Below are positions 49,031 to 61,864 of a stretch of DNA of 64,000 bases, in pieces (positions within the stretch are counted from its first letter, which is position 1; every line of letters starts with the position of its first letter). Both the position numbers and the translations under genes were made by a program. The notes below the pieces were generated by a model that saw only the letters and a list, made by a program, of their open reading frames with translations, was not told the DNA's origin and ran no database searches. The stretch is from Carcharhinus amblyrhynchos (lineage: Eukaryota): NCBI GenBank assembly GCA_965287045.1, contig OZ336876.1, positions 44,330,001-44,394,000 of the forward strand, in the 5' to 3' direction.

Positions 49031-50362
49031 TTGAAAATAAATCTAGAAATAAGTAAAGATTGCTGCCTGGTTTCCTACTTCACCAATGGGCTGCAGACTG
49101 AATCCACATTACAGTATTAATTAGGAGCCTTAGAGGGATGTGAAACACAGAGAATATTTTCTGCTCCTATGTGCTGGTAGTGCTTTCACATGAGGTCAGG
49201 GTTGGAAAATAATGACGGCGACTGAAAATTCACAAGAACACACTGTATTTTCCAACTAAACAGGCACAGGGAGATCAGGAAGGTCACGCTCTTCAATGTG
49301 TGAATCTCATTAAATATCTGTAAAATGCAATTTGCTTCCAGTGACTTTTCATTAGCTCACCATCAGTAAGGTAAATTCACTATTGTCCCAGATGAGTGGT
49401 GGTGATTTTAACCTAAGGATTACCAAACCTCAGGCAAGGAGCAACATTAAGCTGATGGGTCTTCATGAATAATCTCAGCTGGTACAGGAATTGAACCCAC
49501 ACTTTTAGCATCGCTCCACATCACAAAACAGCCAACCAGCCAAGTGACTCTGGCACAACCACAGTGTTGTGCACTATATGGCACAGTGAGCACACATTGT
49601 TCTTAAAGAGCTGTGCCTAGTGCCTTGGTGAGTGCTTTGTTTTCTTGGCTTTTGCTTTCATCTTCTTTCCTTATATTACTATTGTTTAAATAATGGGCGG
49701 AATTTACAACCTCATCGTGCCTGTTTTTCAATTGGAAGAAGTCTTTAAATCAGGAGTGATCTGACTAGTGGGAATGGTGCTTGTTTTCATGCCCATTCCC
49801 ATTTTACCACAAAGAAAATGGCACAATTGGGACCCTACTGAAAACGGGCGAAACGTCAATTTGCGTTCTTTTTGTATTCATCACAGTGTAGTTAATGGCC
49901 TATAACTTCCTGTCTGAAATGCCAGGATATGCTGATCAAGTGCCACATTTGCGTGTGGGACATAACGGAAGTCTTGCAGCTGTGCACTGCAAGAGTGCCA
50001 AGTTCTGAAAGCAGCCGGTTCTGAAGAACTGAGCTGTAATTGTGCTGAAACCTCTGCCGCTTGTGCTGTTGTTAGGTGAGTTTTTGCCCTTATATATTTG
50101 CGCTTTTGTTTTTTGGACTAGCTGCAGCCTATTAGAGGCAACAGACATTCTTTGGGTCATCTTTTTTGTACATTTTAAAATGTTGTTTAACATATATGTA
50201 AAGCACAGAAAGTGAAATAATGACTTTTAAAAAATTTTCTTACAACTTTGTCATGACAACTGATTTCATTAACAATATTTGTTCAGATATAACAAAGTGG
50301 ATGTCAATGAATTTCAGCATTTGGATTTTGCAATATATTTTTAAAGCAGTTTTTAGTCCTAT

Positions 50363-50582
50363 TTTAAGAGTGTTCCTGATGCAACATTGATCCTTGTGTA
50401 CATTGGCTAGTTCAAATGCTGCAGGAAAATGAATCCCTTAAGATGACATGTGCAAGTCTCCTGTACTGTTTATCCCAAGTTTAAGAGTCTTCCTGATGCA
50501 TCATTGATCCTTATGCAACTTGACTCGTTCAAATGCTGTAGCAAAGCATATCACTTAAGATGACATATGTAAGTCTCCTGTA
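50363..50582 (+). repeat. Diverged tandem duplication, 117-bp period
   Basis: tttaagagt(g/c)ttcctgatgca...cttaagatgacat(g/a)tg(c/t)aagtctcctgta starting at 50363 and 50480. Confidence 0.85.
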
Positions 50583-51135
50583 AGCTGATGTGAACACAGT
50601 GTTGCAGAATCCAGTGCAGCTTGAAAATTCAGAGTCATGTCCTACCAACATTAGAACATTGCGCTTTTCTTAACTGAAGTTCTTTTTGATACTTTGAAGT
50701 AGACATGGGAGAGTCAAATCCAAACCCTTCCCTGTCCACTTCTCCCTCTTTCCCCCCATCCTTTTCCCCTCCCCTCCTTCACCCCTCTTTCTCCCCATTC
50801 TCCTCCTTACCCCTCCTCATAACCATCCCTCACCTCTTTATTTAATGACAACAGAATTGTTGTGTAAAAGCAAAGATATTTTGTTGGTTGTTGTTAGAGA
50901 AATATATTTTGAAAGAAACTTGAAAAGATGAGGTAATTAAACAAGTCAGTACAGCTGCTGAAGCAAAATGTTTCGTTAAGTTTTAACATGGTCGGGCAAG
51001 CGCTGCAACACTCCTCTTGGGGGGGCGAGGAGGGTGGTGCTTGGGGATCAGGGGCTGGAACCATGCAGGGTACAGGGGGTTGGGGAAATCTGGGGGTCAT
51101 TCAGAGGGAAGATACTCGATGAGGTTAAACACTAA

Positions 51136-51370
51136 CCCTTACTGCCAGGATGAGGTCATTCAGTTTCTTTTGGCAGTGCTTTCTGGTCATCCTGGCGGGT
51201 GCCCTGGCACTAACAAGTGCTGCGACCTCTTCCTAGGCTGCATTTCCATCCCTTCCCTGGGACAGCATTCTGCTGGGGGGAAGAGGGTGTCCCACCTTGA
51301 CTTCACCGCCTCCAATAACCTGGCCGGATCAGCATTAACAATCAGAGAGCTGACTTCCTTGAGGCCATGT
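51136..51370 (-). mobile_element. Harbinger Myb/SANT-like gene exon relic
   Basis: VNADPARLLEAVKSRWDTLFP / GNAA*EEVAALVSARAPARMTRKHCQKKLNDLILAVR, followed by a GTTAGT donor. Confidence 0.8.
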
Positions 51371-52542
51371 CTTCCTGCACTTTCTGTCTGTCTGTCCATC
51401 CTTGGGGTTTTTATGGAGCTCTCTCTTGTTAGGGCAGATCATTTGCAGGCAGTTTAGACAATTCACGCACCCACTGGAGCACTCCAGTGAGTTTAAGGGG
51501 AAGCCAAGTTAGCATTTGCAGGTGTGTTGATGGGAAGGGGGCGGTGGCGGGGGAGGTGTGCCTTTGTGATGATCGAGGGAAGGGGAGAGAGAGGGTCATG
51601 TCACTCAGCAATCATGGGCAGAAAGTGATGAGGCAGCCATGTGCAGGGGGTCGCACAGGAGTGGGAGAATAAGGGGGTCGGTAATGTTAAGATAGGCCAA
51701 AATTCCGTGATGGGGGTTGGGGTGGGAGGCTGTATCTGGCCCAGGGATGTTGCATGAGGAGAGCTGTTTGTGCAGTTTGTGACTCAATCTGAGCTGCTAG
51801 CTATCTAGTGAGTTAAGCCCCGCCCTCTGCCCCTAGTGACTAGAAATGGTCTAGCCCACCTTTTCAATGTCTAAGCCTGTAAGATTGGGAGTGAAACTCA
51901 CCCAAAAAAAATCAGAAAACCTCCCATTTTCATGCTAGCTGGACACTTCGAAAAAATCTTGTAAAAGTCCGCCCACTGTTTTGCTGTTCAGTTTTACTTA
52001 GCTTATTTTCACTTGCACTCTTTTTATGACTTACTGGAATTTTAGGATTTGTTAGTATTTTGCAACAGTCCCTGTTGGTAACATAAATATTCTTTTCAAA
52101 TTTCACATGCCTTCTAGGAAGTAGAGGATCAGGATGAATTCTATAGATTGTTCAAAGACAGGTCCACCTGGACTTGAGGCAGATGGTGCAGCCATATTTA
52201 ATATTATAGTGTTAAAACTCCTGTGTTCATAATCTTGCTTGTTTATAAGAATACCAACTAAACATTACATACATGTTTTAATGAGTTTTAAAAATGAACA
52301 ACTTTAACAATTTAGTGCAACAATAATTTTTTTCTGTGGTAACATTATTGACTATTAATTGCTAAAGCTGTGTTGCTAATTTAGCAACAATCTTAGTAAG
52401 TGATAATTATGGCAAATTTTCATTTTCTTCATTGACCTAAACATGGATATAGTAAATTATCATGCAATAACTAAAACATTAATTAAAAGAATAATTAAAG
52501 GGACTGTAGCCTTAGACTCTAAAAATGTCAATGATTTACTGG

Positions 52543-53229
52543 CAGGGTGGATTTACAATGAAACACACAATGCCTAGGTACAAGATCCTGAACAACAGGC
52601 AGAGGCAAGGGGGGGATCCAGCTTTTGTTGCTGATCGGGAGAGAGAACAGATCAGGCAAGAGCACCGAGCAGGGAAAGAGTAATGAGCAGTGAGTACCGA
52701 GCGGGAAAAAACACTGAACAGCGAGGCGAGGGAAAGGCAAGAACCATGCAGGTGTGGGTGTGGCAAGTAGTAAGGGAGTGTGGTCCCAAGGTGAGGGAGT
52801 GACAACCTCAGTGATCACCAGTTGTGAATGAAGCAGTGGACACCAGCCCAGCAGGCGAAGCAGCAAACCATAGGCAAGGCAATGGACAGAGCAGACAGAG
52901 GATCCCAGAAGTGAGGCAGTGAAGTGGGTGGACAACCTCAGAGGAGGGCGAGGTGAAAGTGGGAGTATGTGAAGGGATGGGGGAAGGGGGAGTGTGTGAG
53001 GAGATGCAGGTATGGCTAGGGTAAAAGCGAGACAATCCATGATCGGAATCAAAGGTAAGTTCGGATTTTAACAAAACAATTATTCTTCCAGGCATATTTT
53101 TACAGGTGAAGGAACAGTGATCAATAAGTGTATTTTCATGGCTTCCACCTTCATGTTCTGGGATTGGGGCCACGTGTGGGGGAGGGGAGCACAGAGCACA
53201 GGGCCCAATGAATTGTAAATCCACCTCTA
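52543..53229. mobile_element. Non-autonomous hAT-like DNA transposon
   Basis: TIRs cagggtggatttacaat and attgtaaatccacctcta; perfect 8-bp TSD tttactgg at 52535-42 and 53230-37. Confidence 0.85.
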
Positions 53230-53860
53230 TTTACTGGGCATTCCCAGAAAGAAAAGGTATTGTTCACAGGCAACACATGGAATAAGAAAACTAAAGGAAA
53301 GTCTAACCTGGTTGAAATGTTGTCTGTTTTATGAAGTGTACACAAATTAGTTACTTCCAATATTAGAAACATTCTCTTTCAATCTATTCACCAGTTTAGG
53401 ACTATAGGTTGAGTAAAACACTTCTGATAAATTATTGCAACATGAACAGACAAAATCATTATGTATTCCTGTACATGGCATATGATCTAAAGCAAACAAC
53501 AGGATTTTGAAGCTGTGTACAATAAAAATAAGTCATTAACCATTCATGTGTGAAAACTATTGCCATTGGTGTCTTGTACAAGTCAGCAGCAAGACACACA
53601 ACTGATATATGACACTTATTGGTGGTTTAAGGTTCATATTAGGAATTAATTTGCGACTTGCAGTTTGATATTCATAGCTTTCTTTTGGAATAAAGCAATA
53701 TTGCTCTATGTGCTCCTGTTGCTAGCCATGTGAAGTATATACTAATGAAAGACAGCCTTCATTCATTACAAATATTGTTGAGGCTATAAACAGGTGTGAT
53801 CATGAAGTTTACAATATAATCCTTGTATACCAGCTATTGTAATGGGGACTCAGGGTTTAT

Positions 53861-54232
53861 AGGATAGAGGTGGAGAGACTCTTCCCGCTCAGAAAGGACA
53901 GTAGGACCAGGGGGCATAGCCTCAAGATAAAGGGGGGGTGGTTTAGAACGGAGTTGAGGAGGAACTCCTTCACTCAAAGGGTGGTGAATCCCTGGAATTC
54001 TCTGCCCGTTGAAGTGGTGGAGGCTGCCTCGCTAAATATTTTTAAGACTCGGGTTGATGGGTTTTTGATAAGCGAGGGGATTAAGGGTTATGGGGAGAGG
54101 GGGGGAATGTGGAACTGAGCCACGACAGATCAGCCATGATCTTATTGAATGGCGGGGCAGGCTCAAAGGGCTAGATGGCCTACTCCTGCTCCTATTTCTT
54201 ATGTTCTTATGTTTAGTGAGGAACTGAAGGAA
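53861..54232 (+). mobile_element. Young CR1 3' fragment
   Basis: ERLFPLRKDSRTRGHSLKIKGG...; near-identical to the 5735 and 44390 copies. Confidence 0.95.
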
Positions 54233-55745
54233 ATCAGTGTTAGTAGATAAATTGTTTGGGAAAATTGATGGGATTGAAGCCAACAAATCCCTAGGGGATG
54301 ATGATCTACATCTCAGAGTACCTAGGAAATTGGCCCTGGTAATAGTGGATGTAGGGGAATTTCACTTGTAACTTCATTGCAGTGTTAATGTAAGCCTTAC
54401 TTGTAACTAATAAATAAACTCTCTTTATGTATTGGTGGTCATCTTCAAAGATTCTGTAGACTCTGGAACAATTCCAACATACTGGAGGTAACTAATGTAA
54501 TCCCACTATTTAAAAAAGGAGGTATAGAGAAAATGAATGTATAGACAACCAGCCTGATGTTGGTAATGCGGAAATTTCTAGCATCCATTATCAAAGATTT
54601 TGCAGCAGAACACTTGGAATACCATTGCAGGACCATACAGAGACAGGCTCAATTTGAGAAGATGCAGGAAGGATGTTCCCAACAGTAGAGATGTCAAAAA
54701 TTAGGGCTCATAGTCTAAGGATTGAATGAGGAGAAATATCTTCACTCAAAGACTGGCAAGCCTGTGGGATTTGCTACCACAGAAAGTAGTTGAGGCTGAA
54801 ACAAGAGTTGGATATAGTTTGTGGGGTGAAGGGGATCAAAGGATTTGGAATGTTTTGAGCAGTTTTGGGCCCCATGTGTAAGGAAGGATGTGCTGGCCTT
54901 GGAAAGGGTCCAAAGGAGATTCACAAGAATGATCCCTGGAATGAAGAGATTGTCATGAGGAACGGTTGAGGACTCTGGGTCTGTACTCGTTGGAGTTCAT
55001 TCAGAAGGATGGGGGGGCGGGGGGGATCTTATTGAAACTTACAGGATACTGTGAGGCCCAGGTAGAGTGGACATGGAGAGGATGTTTTCACTAGTAGAAA
55101 AAACTAGAACCAGAGGACACAATCTCAGGCTAAAGGGATGATCCTTTAGAACAGAGATGAGAAGGAATTTCTTCAGCCAGGGAGTGGTAATCCGTGGAAT
55201 CTTTGCTACAGAAGACTGTGGAGCCAGGTCATTGAGTGTCTTTAAGACAGTGATAGATAAGTTTTTGATTATTAAGGTGATCAGGAGTTATGGGGAAAGG
55301 CAAGAAGATGAGGATGAGAAAAATATCAGCCATGATTCAATGGCAGAGCAGATTCGATGGGCAAAGTGGCCTAATTCTGCTCCTATATCTTATGGTCTTT
55401 TGAATCTGTGGAACTTTTTGCTGCAGAAGGCTGTAGAGGCCAGACCATTGAGTGTCTTTAAGACAGAGATAGATAGGTTCTTGATTCATAGGGAATTAAG
55501 GGGTTATGGGGAAAAGGCAAGAGAATGGAGATGAGAAAAAATATCAGCCATGATTGAATGGCGGAGTGGACTCGATGGGCCAAGTGGCCTAATTCTGCCC
55601 ATAAGTCTTATGGTCTTATGGATACCGGGGGAAGGCAGGATCAGACTATTGAGCTGGATATCAGTCATGATCATAAAGAGTGATGGAGCAGGCTCATATG
55701 GATGAGTGACCTACTCCTGATCATAGTTTCTATATTTCTATGTAA
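54233..55745 (+). mobile_element. Nested CR1 cluster: old CR1 host, SINE-tail insert ~54352-54428, second CR1 54845-55619 with two tandem 3' ends
   Basis: ANKSLGDDDLHLRV and VIPLFKKGG; ggat flanks the inner CR1; two successive 3' UTRs each ending tcttatggtctt. Confidence 0.8.
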
Positions 55746-56522
55746 TATTTTATCTATCGTCTGTGTATAAAATTGAAGAGGCTTCCCACTTTGACAGAAT
55801 ATAAAATAGTACTTTCAGAGAATGCCACTTAATTCAACTAAATTAATTAGCCAGTAGCATAGTGAGAACTGTAAATATAAAAGAAAAATCAGGATCACAC
55901 AATTTTGCTAAAAATGTGGTAACAGTACACGGAAGCAGGATTTGTCCAATGTTTTGCATCCACAACAAGATTTAGTTTGGAACAGATCATAGGAGAAAAG
56001 GCTTATTAGACCACGTGTAGCCTGAATAAAACACCAATGAACATTATATTTTAAAAAGAACATTTAAGCATTATTATGTTAATCTTGACCCCCCACTACA
56101 GCCCCATGATTTTTGTGCTTCTTGATTGCAGCTCATAAAACGATGTCTAATATTACACTATTAATAGAAGATGAATATCAGAAGAAGTTTCATTACTGCA
56201 GCCTATTTATGTCATTTGTTTCTTCATAGGGGAAAGTGAATTGTCTATAAGGCACAAAGCATTCTGATTCATTGAAGCTTGTCAGGAACGAAACAAACTA
56301 ATATACCTCTCGAAAAATTATTTCTAAGCTATTAACTTTGGCTAAAAAAATCATTGAAAAGGGGATTCTTCAATTTTTTTGGTATGTATTGAGGATGGCA
56401 CAACTCGCAGCAAAAAAAACAACTTTTGAGAATCAGGCCACAAAATTGTTGCTTGAAGGAGTGGACTGAAGAGAAGTTTAGCTGTTCGACTTGAGAGCCT
56501 GGATTAGTAATCCAGAGAGCAT

Positions 56523-57513
56523 GGCCGGGATTCTCATGGCCCACTGAGCTGCTGGACAGCGGACCAGGAAATACCAATGGGGAACCTTTAGTGATTAGCT
56601 CAGGAGCTTTTTTTTAACACAATCAGCTCCAAAATTAGGCGGGAAACTGACTATCATATTGATGTGTCATGGAAATTGAAATTTCCATATGATTCATGGG
56701 CTCAAGGTGGTATTCTCTGGGCCGCTAGCATCTCCAACCTCACTAAGGTTGGTTTCCACCAGCGACATTTAGAATCTCTATCCACCAATGGGCAACAGGC
56801 ATCTTCACCCCGCTGGTGGGGACAGATGCCATTGAGGCCTCCCTGGGAGGTTGGAGACAGGGGCCCTTGGGCGGTGCCAGGGTGCCAGTAAAAGGAGCAA
56901 TCTGGCACTGTTCACCAGGCACCATTGCACTGCCCACTGGATGCTGAGCGTGCCAGTTTGAGTTTAGAGGGGGTGGGTCATGCTGGGTAAGGATCTACTG
57001 GGGGTGATTGGTGGGGGGGAATCTGCTGCCACTCTGCAGTGGGATCAGTGGAACAGGGAGTGAGGAGGGCGATCAGGGCTGACCATGGGGGGGGTGTGGG
57101 TTAGGGGCTTGGTTAATGGGGTGGGATGAGGACAGGGCCGGCCATCAGGTGGGTGGAGGTTTGGGACTGACAGGGTTTGAGGGGTATTAGACCAAGGATG
57201 AGCGGGGAGGGAGGGTCCTGTCAGCCAGCGATTGGGGGGTTCCAGGGAAGGCCAGTGATCATCGATGTGGGATGGGGGCAAATACATGTGCACCAATTTC
57301 TGCACTGACAAATCAGTACATGCGCAGTGGCCCGCTTAGCACACTGATGCCAACTTCTCACATGGGAAAAGGCCCTATTCACCCCTTCCTGGCGTGAATC
57401 ACTCTGTGGCACTCTGCATTGCATGAGTGCTGGAGATTCATTCCAGTAAGTATGCCCAAAAATTGTTTTCCCACCCATTGGACACTTAGTTTTGTTTTGG
57501 GAGAATTGTGGCC
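56523..57513. mobile_element. Harbinger-type MITE (possibly composite) inside a tRNA SINE
   Basis: Ends ggccgggattctc and gagaattgtggcc; TSD cat/cat; removal restores taatccagagagcatgagtttgaattc. Confidence 0.7.
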
Positions 57514-58239
57514 CATGAGTTTGAATTCTAACACAGCAGTCTGCTAATTTAAATTCAGTTAGTAAAATAGAAGTAAGAAAAATATTGATATCAGCGGGAT
57601 TTAGCTGTCTATTGTCCAAGATAGAATTTAACAATGAGTCCAATTTTGTGGTCAGTGATGAACAGTGACAGCTATTCATTAAACTTATTGTCGTCCACAG
57701 AGTTTTTGTGAGGTTTTGCATTAGAACTTGCTGTGATTAGAAAACAATTTTGGCATGGCACCCTCTGCAAGGGATCTGTGATCTGTATGAACAAATAATT
57801 CAGACGTTACAGCCAGAGGCAAACACACGCTGCTTGCAATTCACCATGTTTCCAGTTGCCCAGAGTCGGACAATAACTTACGGACAGCTAAGTTCCACTG
57901 ACATCAATATTAGCTTTCTTGTGGCAAGTTACAAAATGTACGACCTGAGCAAGCAACAGCGCGTCTCCCTAACCATCCATCTTAACAAACCCTGTTGAGG
58001 TCCCCGAAACTAAACCATGAAATATAGGTTTGAATATTTAATGTAATGTAAAACCAACTGGAGAATGTGCAATGCAGAAAAAGGAAATAAAAATAGTATT
58101 AAGAGATGAAACAGACAGAAATAAAAAAGTAAACAAAATAATTACAGTCTACAGAAATGAGACTCCACAAGGGCAATTCTCCCAAAGAAAGTTCTATGTG
58201 CTGAATTTGTGGGAAAACTGATGTAAATCATGATTGTTT

Positions 58240-58920
58240 TTTGACTTACTTTCTTGAATAGTCATCCAAGAAATGTTAGGCAGAGAAATTCAAGTCTAAT
58301 TCCTGGGTAACTGTATAACCTCAATCCTGCTACTAAAACATTCATGCTGACCTCCCAGACTACTACATCAACCCATAACTATCCCCTTATCCACTGGCTA
58401 AAATGCACTGACTGCCTTACACCCCCTTCCCTGCCTATTCAATACCCATTCACTCACCCTACCCATTTTAGCCAGCCTACCCACCTTTCATCCTGCCTAC
58501 CTTCCACCTTATCCACCTGCCACCCTACTGACCTTCCATCTTGCCCACCTACCAGCCCACCTAGCTGCTACTATACCCACCTGCCATCCGACCCACTTAC
58601 CCTGTTACCTCACCTACCTAACCACTTACACACCTACACACTCACCCATTAATTCACACATTAGTTAACTAATAAAGTGAGAAGTTTGGAGGTTTTTAAA
58701 CGCTCACCAGCATATGACAGCTAATGCAATAGAAAGGGGAAGTGACCTCTGTGTAGGTTCCCTTCACTGCTCTCTGTGAGGATTCTTGAGCTGATTGACA
58801 ATGTGCTTCTGCATCACGGCCAGAAGTCGAAGCCTTTCAACATATGCAGCTAAATGGACTTTTTTTGTATGATTAGCGTCGGGTGCAGGGATTCTGACTT
58901 TGATGGGAAGTTTTGGGGTA
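58240..58920. mobile_element. Harbinger-type non-autonomous relic with C/A-rich low-complexity core
   Basis: (cacc/ctac)-rich tract at 58380-58650; resembles 18670-19190. Confidence 0.4.
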
Positions 58921-61534
58921 TTCTTGATGGGTATTCATTCACCTGCAGCCCACAGTCATTCAATCATCAAATGCTCATTAATAAGCTCTCCTCTCTGTCA
59001 GCTCCTGTGACTCTCTAGTCAGTCACACCCTGCTGTTCAAATCATTTCCCCTGTCACAGATTTAGCCTTCCACATGGTATTTTCCATCCAGCATTCCGTT
59101 CCAGCACCTTTGAAGGTTTTGATCTTCATCCATATGACACATATGTTCTGGTTAATGCAGTCTTCTCGCTGCTATGTTCTTTGTTACTGACACTTATTAC
59201 TTCAATCTCCATCACTGTCATTCCAGTTAGTGACCACCCTTCTCTTTGGATAGATATCATAAAACATTTATCTTCATATTCTATGACTTAAACGGGCTAA
59301 CTCAGGTCTGAATACTCTACAGATGTTAACAGTGCTTTACATGCACCATAATATATGCCTCCTTTTTCAGACTGGCCAGTAGTGTCACGTACAAATGGTT
59401 CAGAGGTTCTACCGCTGAATGAGGAGCTGTTACTAGCAAAGGTTGCCCCCACATCTGCTGTGAGAGAAGTTTCCCTTCCAATTGCTGAGACTGCCTGCTT
59501 CACCCCAGGACAATAAATAACTCCCTACCAAAATTCCTGTGCCGTGTTGTTTCTCCTGCAGCCTCAGCAACAGTTGTCCATCTCAGTGCCACTGCCATGG
59601 CTGCAGAGATAGCAGCCCTCTGATTGGGCCAGCAGTGTGAAGGCTTCCTTAATTGGCCATTTCTTCTGTATGCCAGCTCTTGATTGCCTCCTCTTGACAT
59701 ATGGAGGCAGTCCAACCTCCAACACAAGCACGTTGACTTGCCCTCTCTTCTGGGAAAGTCTTACTCATTGGAGCAGAACTTCAAAAGGAGTTTCCCAAAC
59801 ACTCTGTCTGAAAGCTCCGGCAAAGTGTGGAAACCATCCTTGCCACTGTTTCTCCAGAGTTTCTGCCAATCTTCCACTGAATTTATGGAAGAATATGAGA
59901 CAAACCTCTGAAAAAGTCATTGGTTTTAACTGGTCAGATTGATGCACCTGGCCACCCCTTCACCTTCACTATGTGTTTTCTCACCTTCTCTCTGGTATCT
60001 GAGCTGAATAATCGTAATCTTTGGAAATCAGTGTTGAGTTCCTTAGAAACCCAGCTTCTTACTAAGCCAGGAATCAATAAACCAGCATGTCATCTGTATG
60101 TTCAAGCTCTTACTAAAAACTAGCTCTTTTAAAAGGAAACTACTGCTTAAAACCCTTTTCTATTTATTTGCACATGATATTCATCAGGATAATGTTAATC
60201 ATCACTCATCCATATGTGATCTTGGCACACAAAACTTCAGCCAATTATTTATTTGTGATAAGAAGCGATGAGAGTAAATATTTTCAATATTAAAGATGCA
60301 TTAATGTATCAGATTATATGCATATGCTTGAATATAAGAAACAAGGAAGAACTCAAAACTAACTTATGAGGATAACATGGACATAAAAGGAACAGATGAA
60401 CAATGGGAGGATTGAAAAGAAAAATGTGGGTTTATTGATTAAATTACAACATGTGTAACCAAGAGCCAAACTGAATTTAACTTTCTCAAGCCACAGCATT
60501 GTCCAAGGTGTTTTGCACCAGTCGCTTTGAAATTGTGGGAACTAGCACAAGATAAATATAAGCCATCTGTGAACAATAAGTATCCAGATGCTATAAATTA
60601 TTACCTTTAAAATAAATCCACTTCTAGTCAAATGATATATCAGTAGATAATAGATTAATAATCTTTGAGCCATGGTGTTTCAGACAAGCAACCAAAGACC
60701 TACAGTAAACAGTGCGTTAATCCTGGGCAGATTTAGAAAAGGGAACTGAATGTACTTAGAACAATCGAAGCTTTCTTAAAAGAGCATTGGCCCTTTTTGA
60801 GGAAGCATGTTTATGACCTTCACATGTGTTGATCTTGGACTGCGAAGAATCTGAAGGTATTACGTTTCTTTATTGTTTATAGTGTGGTGTGTGGACACAG
60901 TTCTAGAGAATTTCACATAGCAAATGCTCCCAATTCCTGTCTGCATATAAGAGGAATTTAAAAGGAGCTTTGTAGTTTTCTGTCTTGTATCCATCACTGG
61001 TTGAAGTTAACTGAATAAATTGTGCATTTGCACTAAAAAGATGTGCTTTCCCTCATGAAGATTTTATTGCACTGCTTTGTGTTTAATGTTCATATTTCCA
61101 TCTGTTGTGGCTGATGCATCATAAAATGTATCTGTTGAGTGTATGTTTTGGTGCTATAGAAATATCTGTAATCCACTATGCTGAAGTATTAGGATAGTTA
61201 TTATGACCGAGAATTTGAATGTGCAAACTGGAACTTCTACCTGTGTAAAATCTGGCATGATGATATACAATCACAAACCCAACAGCAACACATTTATTTC
61301 CAAAATATTGGCGGCTGGGCAGGTGCTGAAATTGACAACCCACCTACCATTTTAAACAGTATCGTTTTCAGGCAATTGAGCTTGTTAACAAGACAATTGA
61401 CCTGAATATTATGCAGACCAAGCCATGATATGGTTGGTGTGGGCAGACAGGTTGGAGTGGTGAATAAGCTTTTTCACCTGTTGTGAATTTGATTGTTTTC
61501 CTTTTTATTCTCTCCCTTACTCCTACTCCTACAC

Positions 61535-61862
61535 AGTAATGCAGTAGTTAGCACAAGAGATTGTATATCCTTTGCGAGTGCCCTGTCTATCTCACAACAC
61601 CAGGGATCCAGGTTCGATTCCTGGCTTAGATTTCTGTCTGTGTGGAGTCAGCATGTTCTCTTTATGCCAGTGTGAGTTTCCTTCAGGTGCTCTGGTTTCC
61701 TCCCACGATCAGAAAGAAGTGCTGGTTAGGTGCATTGGCCATGCTAAGTTCTCCCTCAGTACATACAAACAGGTGCCATAGTGTGGGGACTAGGGGATTT
61801 TCACAATAACTTCATTGCAGTGTTAATGTAAGCCTACTTGTGACACTAATAAACTTAAAAAC
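61535..61862 (+). mobile_element. tRNA-derived SINE, alternative-tail family
   Basis: B-box ggttcgattcc, core, and tail ttttcacaataacttcattgcagtgttaatgtaagcctac. Confidence 0.85.
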
Positions 61863-61864
61863 TT

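Larger units (their letters stand above)
49695..51974. mobile_element. Harbinger-derived element carrying a Myb/SANT exon
   Basis: Ends gggcggaatttacaa and ttgtaaaagtccgccc; flanks aat/act. Confidence 0.65.

Noticed and set aside
50363-50582. CRISPR-like repeat-spacer array
   Set aside because: Only two long diverged units, eukaryotic context, no cas genes
52528-53224. Overlapping 89-174 aa ORFs on -
   Set aside because: Low-complexity Pro/Leu/Ser translation of a purine-rich transposon interior
57750-57998. 82-aa ORF on +, and a 63-nt AG/GT-bounded segment on - (57882-57944)
   Set aside because: No recognisable protein (at most a faint Harbinger resemblance); the minus segment has stops in all three frames
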